The notes below the pieces were generated by a model that saw nothing but the letters and a program-made list of their open reading frames with translations, did no database searches and had not been told where the DNA came from. Below are positions 22,327-33,484 of a DNA stretch of 64,000 bases, one piece after another. The stretch is taken from sequence record MN508614.1. One strand, 5' to 3'. Source of the DNA: Escherichia phage ES12. Within the stretch, counting starts at the first letter, position 1; the number at the start of each line of letters is the position of its first letter. A program made the translations under genes and the position numbers.

Positions 22327-22661
22327 AGTAGAAAATCTAATGTATTAGTTTTTTCACAACGAACAACAGAAGGACGTAAAAGATTTTCGTCAATAGCTTC
22401 TGACTGAATTTTTTCAATTATACCCGAAGGAATAAATTTAGCAAATTGAGTTTCAGGAATAGAATTTTCTTCTAAGAATGCTGTTGTAGCTTCGAGATAA
22501 CTCATTCCAAACTCTTCTACCATTTTTTCAATAATAAATCCATTTTCTTGGCGGTCAAGAAGCTTTGCTATTTCATCCTTTTCTTTCTTAATTGAAAGTT
22601 CTTTTTCTGAAAGACCGGTCTCATCGACCGGACGAATATCATTTAGAGAAAACTGTGTCAT
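22323..22661 (-). CDS. 33: late-transcription co-activator, 112 aa
   Basis: From ATG at 22661: MTQFSLNDIRPVDETGLSEKELSIKKEKDEIAKLLD...; ORF track start was TTG. Confidence 0.85.
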   Translation of the reverse strand: MTQFSLNDIRPVDETGLSEKELSIKKEKDEIAKLLDRQENGFIIEKMVEEFGMSYLEATTAFLEENSIPETQFAKFIPSGIIEKIQSEAIDENLLRPSVVRCEKTNTLDFLL

Positions 22662-22908
22662 AAAGTTCAACTACCTCTTCAGTTTCAGCTTCAAACACAT
22701 CACGGTTATCTTTATGATACAAAGCTAATAGACGATTAAACATCTTACCATCAACGCCAAGTTCATCTTTGGCACGAATTCGAATATCTTTAATCAGTTC
22801 ATTATAACCGGAAATTTTCAGTTTATGGTCAGATGCTTCTTTAATAAATTTAGCCAAGTCTTCGCCATGGATAGCTTCATCAAATTCAACTATTTCTTTT
22901 TTAGCCAT
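22639..22908 (-). CDS. dsbA: double-stranded DNA-binding protein, 89 aa
   Basis: 89-aa ORF MAKKEIVEFDEAIHGEDLAKFIKEASDHKL..., position and size of T4 dsbA. Confidence 0.8.
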   Translation of the reverse strand: MAKKEIVEFDEAIHGEDLAKFIKEASDHKLKISGYNELIKDIRIRAKDELGVDGKMFNRLLALYHKDNRDVFEAETEEVVELYDTVFSK

Positions 22909-22916
22909 TATTCACC

Positions 22917-23834
22917 TCAAAATTCATTAATGCTATTAGTTAATTTAGAAAGACCTGCTTTTACAAAATATGAATAAATTTTGCCACGCGGTGGTAATTT
23001 ATATGAATTATAGTAATTCACAATGTTTGAAGCAATATTATCAGGAATATAATCAAAATCAATTAGAACTAAATTTTCTTTATAACGATTATATTCAGAT
23101 TCTGTGAGAAGCACCTTAGCTTGCTCACGGTCATTAGCAATAGCTTCAACGATTGAAGTTTTCATTGAAGGAGTCCGTTCACCTTCAACTCTGGTAAACC
23201 AAAAGTCAGAACGTACTTTAACTGAAGCAACGTTATCCTTTTTGTCACCCTTAAGAATTTTAGTCATACAATCAATTTCAGCAGAACCGCTTTTAATTTT
23301 AACCCATTTCTTGTGCATCGGTGACCATTGCTTAACATTTGGGTATTTGTGAAGTTGAGTAAAGTCACCATCCGATGAAATGATTAAAATCTTATGCCCT
23401 TCTAAAGAGAACTTTTTAACAAGAACAGCAATATGGTCATCTGCTTCATACTTATCAATATCCATAACGATGTATGGCATATAAGCTTTCAATTCATCTA
23501 TAACTTTATGACTGGATTCAAAATAACCTTCCCAGTCCCAAGTAGATTCTTCTCGTGCTTTTCCACGGTTTTTCTTATAATAATAAGCGAAATCACGACG
23601 CCAGTATCCAGATTTCGCGTTATCAATACACAGTACAATTTTAGTGTATCCAAGCGTTTTTGCTTTTTTGACATTAAACTTAATTGAGTTCAATATCAAA
23701 TGACGAACCATTGATAAATTAATTTTTTCTTTATCTGGGAAGTTTACCAGAGCAGTTGAAAGAGCAATTTGACTAAAGTCAATAAAGCAAATTCCTTCTT
23801 TGTAATCTTCATCCAGCATCATTTCTAAATCCAT
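22917..23834 (-). CDS. rnh: RNase H / 5'-3' exonuclease (FEN family), 305 aa
   Basis: From ATG at 23834: MDLEMMLDEDYKEGICFIDFSQIAL...; ORF track TTG extension trimmed. Confidence 0.9.
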   Translation of the reverse strand: MDLEMMLDEDYKEGICFIDFSQIALSTALVNFPDKEKINLSMVRHLILNSIKFNVKKAKTLGYTKIVLCIDNAKSGYWRRDFAYYYKKNRGKAREESTWDWEGYFESSHKVIDELKAYMPYIVMDIDKYEADDHIAVLVKKFSLEGHKILIISSDGDFTQLHKYPNVKQWSPMHKKWVKIKSGSAEIDCMTKILKGDKKDNVASVKVRSDFWFTRVEGERTPSMKTSIVEAIANDREQAKVLLTESEYNRYKENLVLIDFDYIPDNIASNIVNYYNSYKLPPRGKIYSYFVKAGLSKLTNSINEF

Positions 23835-23863
23835 ATGAACCTCGTTCAATTAGTGAGATTTCT

Positions 23864-23893
23864 ATTATATACTATCTAAATCTTAAAGTAAAC
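23864..23893 (-). promoter_or_regulatory. early promoter for rnh (GTTTAC -35, TATAAT -10)
   Basis: Reverse complement GTTTAC-N18-TATAAT. Confidence 0.5.
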
Positions 23894-23896
23894 AGG

Positions 23897-23904
23897 TATA
23901 AATA
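23897..23904 (+). promoter_or_regulatory. late promoter TATAAATA for gene 34
   Basis: Exact TATAAATA ~35 nt upstream of gene 34 ATG with GGAG RBS. Confidence 0.7.
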
Positions 23905-23938
23905 CTTATTATTGAAAACACAATAGGAGCCCGGGAGA

Positions 23939-26900
23939 ATGGCCGAGATTAAAAGAAAGTTCAGAGCAGAAGATGGTCTGGACGCAGGTGGCGATAAAAT
24001 AATCAACGTAGCTTTAGCTGATCGTACCGTAGGAACTGACGGTGTTAACGTTGATTACTTAATTCAAGAAAACACAGTTCAGCAATATGATCCAACTCGT
24101 GGATATTTAAAAGATTTTGTAATCATTTATAATAATCGTTTTTGGGCAGCAACGGATAATATTCCAAAACCTGCTGGAAATTTTAATAGAATTCGTTGGA
24201 AAGCATTACGTACTGATGCCGTATATACAACCGTATCATCTGGACCATATCAATTAAAATCCGGAGAAGCAATTTCAGTAGATACATCAGTTGGCAATGA
24301 CATTGAGTTTACTTTACCACCTTCTCCGCTTGATGGAGAAACCGTAATAATTCAAGATATCGGTGGAAAACCTGGCATAAATCAGGTTAAAATAAATTCT
24401 TCAAATCAGAGTATTGTCAATTTTAGAGGTGAACAGGTACGTTCAGTTTTAATGACTCATCCAAAGTCACAGATGGTATTCATTTTTAATAATCGTTTGT
24501 GGCAAATGTATATTGCTGATTATAGCAGAGAAGCTGCGATTGTTACTCCATCGACTGCATATCAAGCACAATCTAATGATTTTATCGTACGTAGATTTAC
24601 TTCTGCCGCACCGATTAATGTTAAACTTCCAAGATTTGCCAATCATGGAGATATCATTAATTTCGTTGATTTAGATAAATTAAATCCACTTTATCATACA
24701 ATTGTCACGACATATGATGAAACAACTTCAGTACAAGAAGTTGGAACTCATTCCATTGAAGGCCGTACATCGATTGACGGTTTCTTGATGTTTGATGATA
24801 GTGAAAAATTATGGAGATTGTTTGACGGGGATAGTAAAGCACGTTTACGCATTATAACGACTAATTCAAACATTCGTCCAAATGAAGAAGTTATGGTATT
24901 TGGTGCGAATAATGGAACAACTCAAACGATTGAACTTCAGCTTCCAACTAATATTTCTGTTGGTGATACTGTTAAAATTTCCATGAATTACATGAGAAAA
25001 GGACAAACAGTTAAAATCAAAGCTGCCGGTGAAGATAAAATTGCTTCTTCAGTTCAATTGCTGCAATTCCCAAAACGCTCAGAATATCCACCTGAAGCTG
25101 AATGGGTGACTGTTCAAGAATTAGTTTTTAACGGTGAAACTAATTATGTTCCAGTTTTACAGCTTGCTTATATTGAAGATTCTGACGGAAAATACTGGGT
25201 AGTACAACAAAACGTTCCAACAGTTGAAAGAGTCGATTCTTTAAATAATTCTACTAGAGCAAGATTAGGCGTAATTGCTTTAGCTACACAAGCCCAAGCT
25301 AACGTCGATTTAGAAAATTCTCCACAAAAAGAATTAGCAATTACTCCAGAAACATTAGCTAACCGTACTGCTACAGAAACTCGTAGAGGTATCGCAAGAA
25401 TAGCAACTACTGCTCAAGTAAATCAGAACACTACATTCTCTTTTGCTGATGACCTTATCATCACTCCTAAAAAGCTGAATGAAAGAACTGCTACAGAAAC
25501 TCGTAGAGGTGTTGCTGAAATTGCTACGCAGCAGGAAACTAATACAGGTATCGATGATACTACAATCATCACTCCTAAAAAGCTTCAAGCTCGTCAAGGT
25601 TCTGAATCATTATCAGGTATTGTAACTTTTGTATCTACCGCAGGAGCTACCCCAGCTTCTAGTCGTGAATTAAATGGTACAAATGTTTACAATAAAAACA
25701 CTAATAATTTAGTTGTTTCGCCTAAAGCACTGGATCAGTATAAAGCTACTCCAACACAGCAAGGTGCAGTAATTTTAGCAGTTGAAAGTGAAGTAATTGC
25801 TGGACAAAGCCAAGAAGGATGGGCAAATGCGGTTGTAACGCCAGAAACGTTACATAAAAAGACATCAACTGATGGAAGAATTGGTTTAATTGAAATTGCT
25901 ACGCAAAGTGAAGTTAATACAGGAACTGATTATACTCGCGCAGTCACTCCTAAAACTTTAAATGACCGTAGAGCAACTGAAAGTTTAAGTGGTATAGCTG
26001 AAATTGCTACACAAGTTGAATTCGACGCAGGCGTCGACGATACTCGTATCTCTACACCATTAAAAATTAAAACTAGATTTAATAGTACTGATCGTACTTC
26101 TGTTGTTGCTCTATCTGGATTAGTTGAATCAGGAACTCTCTGGGACCATTATACCCTTAATATTCTTGAAGCAAATGAGACACAGCGTGGTACACTTCGT
26201 GTAGCTACACAAGTTGAAGCTGCTGCAGGAACATTAGATAATGTTTTAATAACTCCTAAAAAGCTTTTAGGTACTAAATCTACCGAATCGCAAGAAGGTG
26301 TTATTAAAGTTGCAACTCAGTCTGAAACCGTGACTGGAACGTCAGCAAATACTGCTGTATCTCCAAAAAATTTAAAATGGATTGTGCAGAGTGAACCTAC
26401 TTGGGCAGCTACTACTGCGATAAGAGGTTTTGTTAAAACCTCATCTGGTTCAATTACGTTCGTTGGTAATGATACAGCTGGTTCTACGCAGGACTTAGAA
26501 CTATATGAGAAAAATGGTTATGCAGTATCACCATATGAATTAAACCGTGTATTAGCAAATTATTTGCCGTTAAAAGCAAAAGCTGCTGACGCAAATTTAT
26601 TAGATGGTCTAGATTCATCTCAGTTCATTCGTAGGGATATTGCCCAGACAGTTAATGGTTCACTAACCTTAACCAAACAAACGAACCTGAGTGCCCCTCT
26701 TGTATCATCTAGTACTGCTACGTTTGGTGGATCAGTTTCAGCAAATAGTACATTAACTATTTCTAATACTGGAACGGCAACTCGTCTGATTTTTGAGAAA
26801 GGACCTCAAACTGGAACAAACCCAGCTCAAACGATGACAGTCAGAGTGTGGGGAAATCAATTTAGTGGGGAATCAGACACAACACGTTCTACCGTATTTG

Positions 26901-27808
26901 AAGTTAGTGATGAAACGTCTAGTCATTTTTATTCTCAGCGTAATAAAGCTGGAAATATAACATTTAATATCAACGGTACAGTAACACCGATAAATGTTAA
27001 TGCTTCAGGAACATTGAATGCAAATGGTGTAGCAACATTTGGTAATTCAGTCACTGCAACTGGTGAAATTATTTCTCGAAGCGCAAATGCTTTCCGTGCT
27101 ATTAGCGGAAATTATGGTTTCATTGTTCGCAATGACGGGTCAGTAACGAATTTTATGCTTACTGCATCGGGTGATCAGACTGGTGGATTTAATGGATTAC
27201 GTCCATTGTCCATTAATAATCAATCTGGGCAGGTCACAATTGGTGAAAGCTTGATCATTGCTAAAGGTGCTACTATAAATTCAGGTGGTTTAACTGTTAA
27301 CTCGAGAATTCGTTCTCAGGGTACTAAAACCTCTGATTTATATACCCGTGCGCCAACATCTGATACAGTAGGATTCTGGTCAATCGATATTAATGATTCA
27401 GCCACTTATAACCAGTTCCCGGGTTATTTTAAAATGGTTGAAAAAACTAATGAAGTGACTGGACTTCCATACTTAGAACGTGGTGAAGAAGTTAAATCTC
27501 CTGGTACATTGACTCAGTTTGGTAACACACTTGATTCACTTTACCAAGATTGGATTACTTATCCAACGACCCCAGAAGCACGTACCACTCGCTGGACACG
27601 TACATGGCAGAAAACCAAAAACTCTTGGTCAAGTTTTGTTCAGGTATTTGACGGAGGTAACCCTCCTCAACCTTCAGATATAGGAGCGATCCCATCTGAT
27701 AATGGAATAATAGGTAATCTTACTATTCGCGATTTCTTGCGAATTGGTAATGTTCGCATTATTCCTGACCCAGTGAATAAAACTGTTAAATTTGAGTGGA
27801 TTGAATAA
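23939..27808 (+). CDS. 34: long tail fibre proximal subunit, 1289 aa
   Basis: 1289-aa ORF with internal repeated TPKKL/ATETRRG motifs; first gene of the 34-35-36-37 block. Confidence 0.95.
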   Translation: MAEIKRKFRAEDGLDAGGDKIINVALADRTVGTDGVNVDYLIQENTVQQYDPTRGYLKDFVIIYNNRFWAATDNIPKPAGNFNRIRWKALRTDAVYTTVSSGPYQLKSGEAISVDTSVGNDIEFTLPPSPLDGETVIIQDIGGKPGINQVKINSSNQSIVNFRGEQVRSVLMTHPKSQMVFIFNNRLWQMYIADYSREAAIVTPSTAYQAQSNDFIVRRFTSAAPINVKLPRFANHGDIINFVDLDKLNPLYHTIVTTYDETTSVQEVGTHSIEGRTSIDGFLMFDDSEKLWRLFDGDSKARLRIITTNSNIRPNEEVMVFGANNGTTQTIELQLPTNISVGDTVKISMNYMRKGQTVKIKAAGEDKIASSVQLLQFPKRSEYPPEAEWVTVQELVFNGETNYVPVLQLAYIEDSDGKYWVVQQNVPTVERVDSLNNSTRARLGVIALATQAQANVDLENSPQKELAITPETLANRTATETRRGIARIATTAQVNQNTTFSFADDLIITPKKLNERTATETRRGVAEIATQQETNTGIDDTTIITPKKLQARQGSESLSGIVTFVSTAGATPASSRELNGTNVYNKNTNNLVVSPKALDQYKATPTQQGAVILAVESEVIAGQSQEGWANAVVTPETLHKKTSTDGRIGLIEIATQSEVNTGTDYTRAVTPKTLNDRRATESLSGIAEIATQVEFDAGVDDTRISTPLKIKTRFNSTDRTSVVALSGLVESGTLWDHYTLNILEANETQRGTLRVATQVEAAAGTLDNVLITPKKLLGTKSTESQEGVIKVATQSETVTGTSANTAVSPKNLKWIVQSEPTWAATTAIRGFVKTSSGSITFVGNDTAGSTQDLELYEKNGYAVSPYELNRVLANYLPLKAKAADANLLDGLDSSQFIRRDIAQTVNGSLTLTKQTNLSAPLVSSSTATFGGSVSANSTLTISNTGTATRLIFEKGPQTGTNPAQTMTVRVWGNQFSGESDTTRSTVFEVSDETSSHFYSQRNKAGNITFNINGTVTPINVNASGTLNANGVATFGNSVTATGEIISRSANAFRAISGNYGFIVRNDGSVTNFMLTASGDQTGGFNGLRPLSINNQSGQVTIGESLIIAKGATINSGGLTVNSRIRSQGTKTSDLYTRAPTSDTVGFWSIDINDSATYNQFPGYFKMVEKTNEVTGLPYLERGEEVKSPGTLTQFGNTLDSLYQDWITYPTTPEARTTRWTRTWQKTKNSWSSFVQVFDGGNPPQPSDIGAIPSDNGIIGNLTIRDFLRIGNVRIIPDPVNKTVKFEWIE

Positions 27809-27816
27809 GAGGTATT

Positions 27817-28932
27817 ATGGAAAAATTTATGGCAGAGTTTGGACAAGGATATGTCCAAACGCCATTTTTATCGGAAAGCAATTCAGTAAGATATAAAATA
27901 AGCATAGCGGGTTCTTGCCCGCTTTCTACTGCGGGACCATATGTTAAATTTCAGGATAATCCCGTTGGAAATCAAACATTTAGTGCAGGTCTTCATTTAA
28001 GAGTTTTTGACCCTTCTACGGGAGCATTAGTTGATAGCAAGTCATATGCTTTTTCTGCTTCAAACAATACAACATCTGCCGCTTTTGTCAGTTTCATGAA
28101 TTCTTTGTCAAACAATAGACTTGTTGCTATATTAACTAGCGGAAAGGTTAATTTTCCTCCTGAAGTGGTATCTTGGTTAAGGGGAGCAGGAACTTCAGTT
28201 TTTCCATCAGATTCAGTATTGTCAAGATTTGACGTGTCATATGCTGCTTTTTATACTTCTTCTAAAAGAGCTATTGCATTAGAGCATGTTAAACTAAGTA
28301 ATAGAAAAAGCACAGATGATTATCAAACTATTTTAGATGTTGTATTTGATAGTTTAGAAGACGTCGGAGCTACAGGATTTCCTAAAAGAACATATGAAAG
28401 TGTAGAGCAATTCATGTCAGCAGTTGGTGGAACTAATAACGAAATTGCGCGATTGCCAACTTCAGCTGCTATAAGTAAACTTTCTGACTACAATTTAATT
28501 CCTGGTGATGTTCTTTATCTTAAAGCACAACTATATGCTGATGCTGATTTACTTGATCTTGGAACTACAAATATATCTATTCGTTTTTATGATGCATCAA
28601 ATGGATATATTTCCTCGACCCAAGCTGAGTTTACTGGGCAAGCTGGGTCTTGGGAATTAAAAGAAGATTATGTAGTTGTTCCTGAAAATGCAGTAGGATT
28701 TACGATATATGCACAAAGAACTGCCCAAGCAGGTCAAGGCGGCATGAGAAATTTAAGCTTTTCTGAAGTATCAAGAAATGGCGGCATTTCAAAACCTGCC
28801 GAATTTGGCGTCAACGGTATTCGCGTTAATTATGTCTGCGAATCGGCTTCACCTCCAGATATAATGGTACTTCCTACACAAGCCTCTTCTAAAACTGGCA
28901 AAGTGTTTGGGCAAGAATTTAGAGAAGTTTAA
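27817..28932 (+). CDS. 35: long tail fibre hinge connector, 371 aa
   Basis: MEKFMAEF... 371 aa, immediately after gene 34. Confidence 0.9.
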   Translation: MEKFMAEFGQGYVQTPFLSESNSVRYKISIAGSCPLSTAGPYVKFQDNPVGNQTFSAGLHLRVFDPSTGALVDSKSYAFSASNNTTSAAFVSFMNSLSNNRLVAILTSGKVNFPPEVVSWLRGAGTSVFPSDSVLSRFDVSYAAFYTSSKRAIALEHVKLSNRKSTDDYQTILDVVFDSLEDVGATGFPKRTYESVEQFMSAVGGTNNEIARLPTSAAISKLSDYNLIPGDVLYLKAQLYADADLLDLGTTNISIRFYDASNGYISSTQAEFTGQAGSWELKEDYVVVPENAVGFTIYAQRTAQAGQGGMRNLSFSEVSRNGGISKPAEFGVNGIRVNYVCESASPPDIMVLPTQASSKTGKVFGQEFREV

Positions 28933-28935
28933 ACT

Positions 28936-28960
28936 GAGGGAGCCTTCGGGTTCCCTTTTT
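28936..28960 (+). terminator. hairpin terminator after gene 35
   Basis: gggagcc-ttcg-ggttccc stem-loop followed by TTTTT. Confidence 0.5.
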
Positions 28961-28963
28961 CTT

Positions 28964-28971
28964 TATAAATA
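28964..28971 (+). promoter_or_regulatory. late promoter TATAAATA for genes 36-37-38
   Basis: Exact TATAAATA ~25 nt upstream of gene 36 ATG. Confidence 0.7.
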
Positions 28972-28994
28972 ATATTAAAATAAAGGGGCATATA

Positions 28995-29645
28995 ATGGCT
29001 GATTTAAAAGTAGGTTCAACTGTAGGTGGATCTGTCATTTGGCATCAAGGAAATTTTCCATTGAATTCAGCCGGTGACGATGTACTCTACAAATCATTTA
29101 AAATATATTCAGAATATAATAAACCACAGGCAGCTGATAACGATTTCGTTTCTAAAGCTAATGGTGGTACTTACACCGGTCCAATTACTATTAATTACGG
29201 GGTAAATAGTTATCTTCAATTAAGTAATAATGAAACCCCCATTCGAATTCGTTCTGGTGGCGGTACCGGTAATACTCTTGTAGTTGGCGGCTCTTCCGGC
29301 GGTATTAGTTTTAGACCTGCAGGTAGTGAAATCACTACTGGACAAATTACTATTACACCAGAAGGTTTGACAACATTTACCAGGGCTGTAACGGCTCCAT
29401 CGGTAACTGTTACATCTACTCCTTCCGCAGCATCTGATGTTACTCGCAAAGATTATGTTGATGGAGCAATAAATACTGTTACAGCAAATGCAAACTCTAG
29501 GGTATTACGCTCTGGAGACACTATGACAGGAAATTTAACTGCGCCAAACCTTTTTTCACAGAATCCTGCATCTCAACCTTCACACGTTCCACGATTTGAC
29601 CAAATCGTAATTAAGGATTCTGTTCAAGATTTCGGCTATTATTAA
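28995..29645 (+). CDS. 36: long tail fibre distal connector, 216 aa
   Basis: [38 protein letters not shown]... gp36-like. Confidence 0.9.
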   Translation: MADLKVGSTVGGSVIWHQGNFPLNSAGDDVLYKSFKIYSEYNKPQAADNDFVSKANGGTYTGPITINYGVNSYLQLSNNETPIRIRSGGGTGNTLVVGGSSGGISFRPAGSEITTGQITITPEGLTTFTRAVTAPSVTVTSTPSAASDVTRKDYVDGAINTVTANANSRVLRSGDTMTGNLTAPNLFSQNPASQPSHVPRFDQIVIKDSVQDFGYY

Positions 29646-29653
29646 GAGGACTT

Positions 29654-32620
29654 ATGGCTACTTTAAAACAAATACAATTTAAAAGAAGCAAAATTGCAGG
29701 TCAACGTCCTGCAGCTTCAGTATTAGCCGAAGGTGAATTGGCTATAAACTTAAAAGATAAAACAATTTTCACAAAAGATGACTCAGGTAGTGTTATAGAA
29801 TTAGGTTTAAAATATGGAGGAACTATAAATGGATCTTTAGAGGTTACAGAAAATATAACTGGAACTTTAATTGGAAATTCTAGTACAGCTACTAAATTGC
29901 AAACACCTAGGAAAATTAATGGTATATCTTTTGATGGATCAAAGGACATTACACTAACTCCATCTGATATAAATGTAAATAGTACAACGTTTATAAAAAA
30001 TAACGGCGAATTACCTGTTGATGCTAATTTAGATGAGTATGGGCCTGTTGAAGAATATCTTGGAGTTTGGTCGAAAGCAACTTCAACCAACGCTCAACCA
30101 GCAAATAAATTTCCAGAAGAAAATGCTGTAGGTGTTCTAGAAGTATTTGTGGCCGGTCAATTTGCTGGTACTCAGAGATATACAACTAGATACGGAAATG
30201 TTTATATTCGTTCCTTGACTGCTACATGGAACGGAGTAAACGGTCCGTGGAGTGCGTGGCGAAATATTCAATCTGGTACTCGTCCACTGTCAACAACGAT
30301 TGATCTTAATGATCTAGGAGGCGCTGAACACCTTGGTTTGTGGCGAAATAGTTCAAATTCCATTGCTACCTTTGACAGAAATTTCCCAGAAGAAGGATCG
30401 TCCGCTCAAGGACTTTTAGAAGTATATGAAGGTGGAAACTATTCTCGCACACAGAGATATACGACCAGATTTGGTGTTGTTTATACTCGTTGTCTTGCTG
30501 CTGCGTGGGATGCTTCTGCGCCTAAATGGGGACCTTGGCAACAAGTCGGTAATGTCACACCGGCGACTTTCTATGACGGAGATCTGAATGATTTTAAAAC
30601 TCCTGGGTTATATAATATTTTAGGCACTGATGCCGTTATTAACTGTCCTACCGGTGAAGGTTTGCCGACTGTTATTGTTGGTTTGCTGGAAGTTAAACAG
30701 CGTGCTTCTGGCGGTGCTATTTTCCAAAAATTTACTACTGCCGGAACGGGTGCAACTACCCGCGATCGTATTTTTGAGCGCGCATATACCGGCGGTGTTT
30801 GGGGTGCATGGAACGAAGTATATACATCTTATTCTCTGCCAATTACTTTGGGTATGGGTGGTATTAAAGCTCAATTAGCGGAGTTAGATTGGCAAACCTT
30901 TGATTTTGTCCCTGGTAGTATGTTTAGCGTTCCTTTGAATAAAATAAAGAACATGCCAGCAAATATGGATTGGGGGACGATTGATGGAAACTTGGTTATG
31001 TTTTCTGTCGGTCCTAGTGAACATACTAGCACAGGGCGCACTGTTCAGGTTTGGCGCGGTACTGTATCCCAGACAAACTACCGTTATTTTGTCGTTCGTG
31101 TATTCGGTAATTCAGGAAATAGAACTTGCACAGTTCGTCGTGTTGTTCTTGAAGATGGTCGCCACAAATGGACAGCGCAGCAAGATTTTAATGGCGCAGT
31201 TAACTTCGGTGCTGCAACCACGTTTAAATCAACTACAACTTTTAATACAGAAGTTAAATTTCGCGCATTGAATGCGTTCCGCCTGTATGGCGGAAAATTT
31301 GGTACATTTTTACGTAATGATGGAGAGAGTCTTTATATTCTTTCCACCGACGAAGATGATCAAGATGGAAACTTTAATACAAATAGACCTTTCCGTTATG
31401 AATTAAGAACTGGTGATGTTACTTTGGGTGGTGCTAGTGGTGCTAACGTTTTAAAATTAAAACGTGATTCTCTCACCGCATTTTTTGGCGGTGATATTAA
31501 CATTAAAGGCACGATGACTTTTGACGCCGGACGTTTAGGATCACGAGATTATTTTAAATTTAACCATTGGGGTGATAGTAATAATGCGCGTGATAATATC
31601 ATCCAGTTAGAAGACAGCAAAGGCGCTCATTTTTCCACTGAACGTACTTTAGCGACTGGTGCAATTAAGACTAAATTTTTTGGTGAAATTGAATCCGATG
31701 GTAAATTGGTTATTAAACGTCCGGGTGATTCTATTGTATTATCAACAACTGCTAGTAATTCTTTGCATATTCGCGGTGATATAGACGGGACTGGTAACTG
31801 GTATATTGGTAAAGGTGATGCTGATAATGGATTAGCGTTCTATAGTTATGCTACTAATGCTGGTGTATACATTACAAACGCAGGAGATATCTCGCTAAGT
31901 CCAAAGGGTGCCGAAATGGCTCAGGTCAATAACGTTCGATTATATGTTCATGGTGAACGTTGGACCGCTAGTCAACCAGGTGATTGGGGTAGTCAGTGGC
32001 AAGTGGAAGCGCCAATATTCGTCGATCATGGTTATGTTGGACCAGATAGCTATTATCCAATTATTAAAGGAAGAAGTGTAATCACCAATCAAGGGTTTGT
32101 AACTGCCGTCGATCTTGGTATTCGTCGTGTCAATAACAATTGGGGACAAGCAATTATTCGTGTTGGATCTGCGGAGGCATCGCCAGCGGCTGGACACCCT
32201 AACGCGATATTTGAATTTCATTACGACGGTACTTTCTATTCTCCTGGTAATGGTAACTTTAACGATGTGTATATTCGTTCCGATGGTCGTCTTAAGATTA
32301 ATAAAAAAGAGCTAGAAAACGGAGCACTTGAAAAAGTATGCCGACTGAAAGTTTATATTTACGATAAGGTTAAGTCTATTAAAGACCGTAGTGTTATTAA
32401 ACGCGAAGTTGGTATTATTGCTCAGGACCTTGAAAAGGAATTACCGGAAGCTGTGTCTAAAGTTGAAGTTGATGGTTCTGATGTTCTGACAATTTCTAAC
32501 TCCGCTGTAAATGCTCTTTTAATTAAGGCTATCCAAGAAATGAGCGAAGAAATTAAAGAATTAAAAACGCCTTTCTTCACTAAAATTGCTCGCAAAATTA
32601 GTAATTATTTTAAATTCTAA
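29654..32620 (+). CDS. 37: long tail fibre distal subunit, 988 aa, with C-terminal chaperone-like domain
   Basis: N-terminus [35 protein letters not shown] = gp37; C-terminus (...[24 protein letters not shown]...) resembles an intramolecular chaperone domain. Confidence 0.9.
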   Translation: MATLKQIQFKRSKIAGQRPAASVLAEGELAINLKDKTIFTKDDSGSVIELGLKYGGTINGSLEVTENITGTLIGNSSTATKLQTPRKINGISFDGSKDITLTPSDINVNSTTFIKNNGELPVDANLDEYGPVEEYLGVWSKATSTNAQPANKFPEENAVGVLEVFVAGQFAGTQRYTTRYGNVYIRSLTATWNGVNGPWSAWRNIQSGTRPLSTTIDLNDLGGAEHLGLWRNSSNSIATFDRNFPEEGSSAQGLLEVYEGGNYSRTQRYTTRFGVVYTRCLAAAWDASAPKWGPWQQVGNVTPATFYDGDLNDFKTPGLYNILGTDAVINCPTGEGLPTVIVGLLEVKQRASGGAIFQKFTTAGTGATTRDRIFERAYTGGVWGAWNEVYTSYSLPITLGMGGIKAQLAELDWQTFDFVPGSMFSVPLNKIKNMPANMDWGTIDGNLVMFSVGPSEHTSTGRTVQVWRGTVSQTNYRYFVVRVFGNSGNRTCTVRRVVLEDGRHKWTAQQDFNGAVNFGAATTFKSTTTFNTEVKFRALNAFRLYGGKFGTFLRNDGESLYILSTDEDDQDGNFNTNRPFRYELRTGDVTLGGASGANVLKLKRDSLTAFFGGDINIKGTMTFDAGRLGSRDYFKFNHWGDSNNARDNIIQLEDSKGAHFSTERTLATGAIKTKFFGEIESDGKLVIKRPGDSIVLSTTASNSLHIRGDIDGTGNWYIGKGDADNGLAFYSYATNAGVYITNAGDISLSPKGAEMAQVNNVRLYVHGERWTASQPGDWGSQWQVEAPIFVDHGYVGPDSYYPIIKGRSVITNQGFVTAVDLGIRRVNNNWGQAIIRVGSAEASPAAGHPNAIFEFHYDGTFYSPGNGNFNDVYIRSDGRLKINKKELENGALEKVCRLKVYIYDKVKSIKDRSVIKREVGIIAQDLEKELPEAVSKVEVDGSDVLTISNSAVNALLIKAIQEMSEEIKELKTPFFTKIARKISNYFKF

Positions 32621-32652
32621 CAACAAGGGGCTTTGCCCCTTTGGAGAAAATT

Positions 32653-33453
32653 ATGGCAGTAGTTGGTGTTCCTGGTTGGATTGGAAGTTCATCCGTAAAT
32701 GAAACAGGACAACGATGGATGAGTCAAGCGGCTGGTCAATTAAGATTGGGTATTCCTTGCTGGATGAGTCAATTTGCAGGTCGCTCAAGAGAAATTATTC
32801 ACACGCTTGGAGCAGACCATAACTTCAATGGTCAATGGTTCCGAGATAGATGTTTTGAGGCAGGTAGTGCACCTATAGTGTTTAATATCACAGGAAATTT
32901 GGTATCATATTCTAGAGATGTTCCTTTATTCTTCATGTATGGAGATACACCAAATGAATATGTTCAGTTGAATATTAGCGGTGGAGCTCATATGTGGGGC
33001 AGAGGTGGACAAGGTGGATGGACTCATTCTGGTGGAGATGGTAATGGTCAACAGGGTGGACATTGTATTCAAAATGACATTGGTGGTCGGTTAAGAATTA
33101 ATAATGGTGGAGTAATTTGTGGCGGAGGAGGCGGTGGCGGCGGTATCGCTTATCGTCCTCACTCTGGTGCAAACTGGCAAGATATTGGTGGCGGTGGAGG
33201 AAGACCGTTTGGCCCAGGAGGTGGCGGTGGTTATTCAGGAGGTGCTGCTTCTTATGATGGCCCAGGAGGTGGTTATAATTATGGTAATGCTCACTCTGGT
33301 CAAGGTGGCGATGCTGGAGGAAATGGACAAAATGCCTGGCATGATGGTGGTAAAGTTCTAAAAGTTGGCGCTGGCGGGGCGGCAGGTTATGCTGTAATAG
33401 GGTCTGCTCCAACATGGCAAAATGTTGGAATAATATATGGTCCAAGAGTATAA
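32653..33453 (+). CDS. 38: T2-type tail fibre adhesin with glycine-rich motifs, 266 aa
   Basis: From ATG at 32653 (ORF track start is TTG): [13 protein letters not shown]...; four poly-Gly islands separating variable segments. Confidence 0.85.
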   Translation: MAVVGVPGWIGSSSVNETGQRWMSQAAGQLRLGIPCWMSQFAGRSREIIHTLGADHNFNGQWFRDRCFEAGSAPIVFNITGNLVSYSRDVPLFFMYGDTPNEYVQLNISGGAHMWGRGGQGGWTHSGGDGNGQQGGHCIQNDIGGRLRINNGGVICGGGGGGGGIAYRPHSGANWQDIGGGGGRPFGPGGGGGYSGGAASYDGPGGGYNYGNAHSGQGGDAGGNGQNAWHDGGKVLKVGAGGAAGYAVIGSAPTWQNVGIIYGPRV

Positions 33454-33484
33454 TTTTGAATAAATACCCTTAAAAGGAGGGTCT

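Noticed and set aside
22323-23849. Longer ORF-track versions of genes 33 and rnh (and of gene 38, 32641..33453)
   Set aside because: Their first codons are TTG; in each case an in-frame ATG with a Shine-Dalgarno sequence a few codons downstream reproduces the known T4 N-terminus
25355-25597. 80-aa minus-strand ORF inside gene 34
   Set aside because: Antisense to a confidently identified 1289-aa late gene; Ser/Cys-rich low-complexity translation; no RBS context
29701-30090. 129-aa minus-strand ORF (and 30620..30878, 30981..31271, 31940..32315 ORFs) inside gene 37
   Set aside because: All lie within or antisense to the gp37 reading frame; chance ORFs in a long gene
33119-33260. GGT/GGC/GGA repeat tract as a possible CRISPR-like or satellite repeat
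   Set aside because: It is in-frame coding sequence for the glycine-rich motifs of gp38; no spacer-repeat periodicity
33098-33445. His-rich 115-aa minus-strand ORF and 80-aa plus-strand ORF within gene 38
   Set aside because: Artefacts of the GGN-repeat (poly-Gly) coding sequence of gp38 read in other frames
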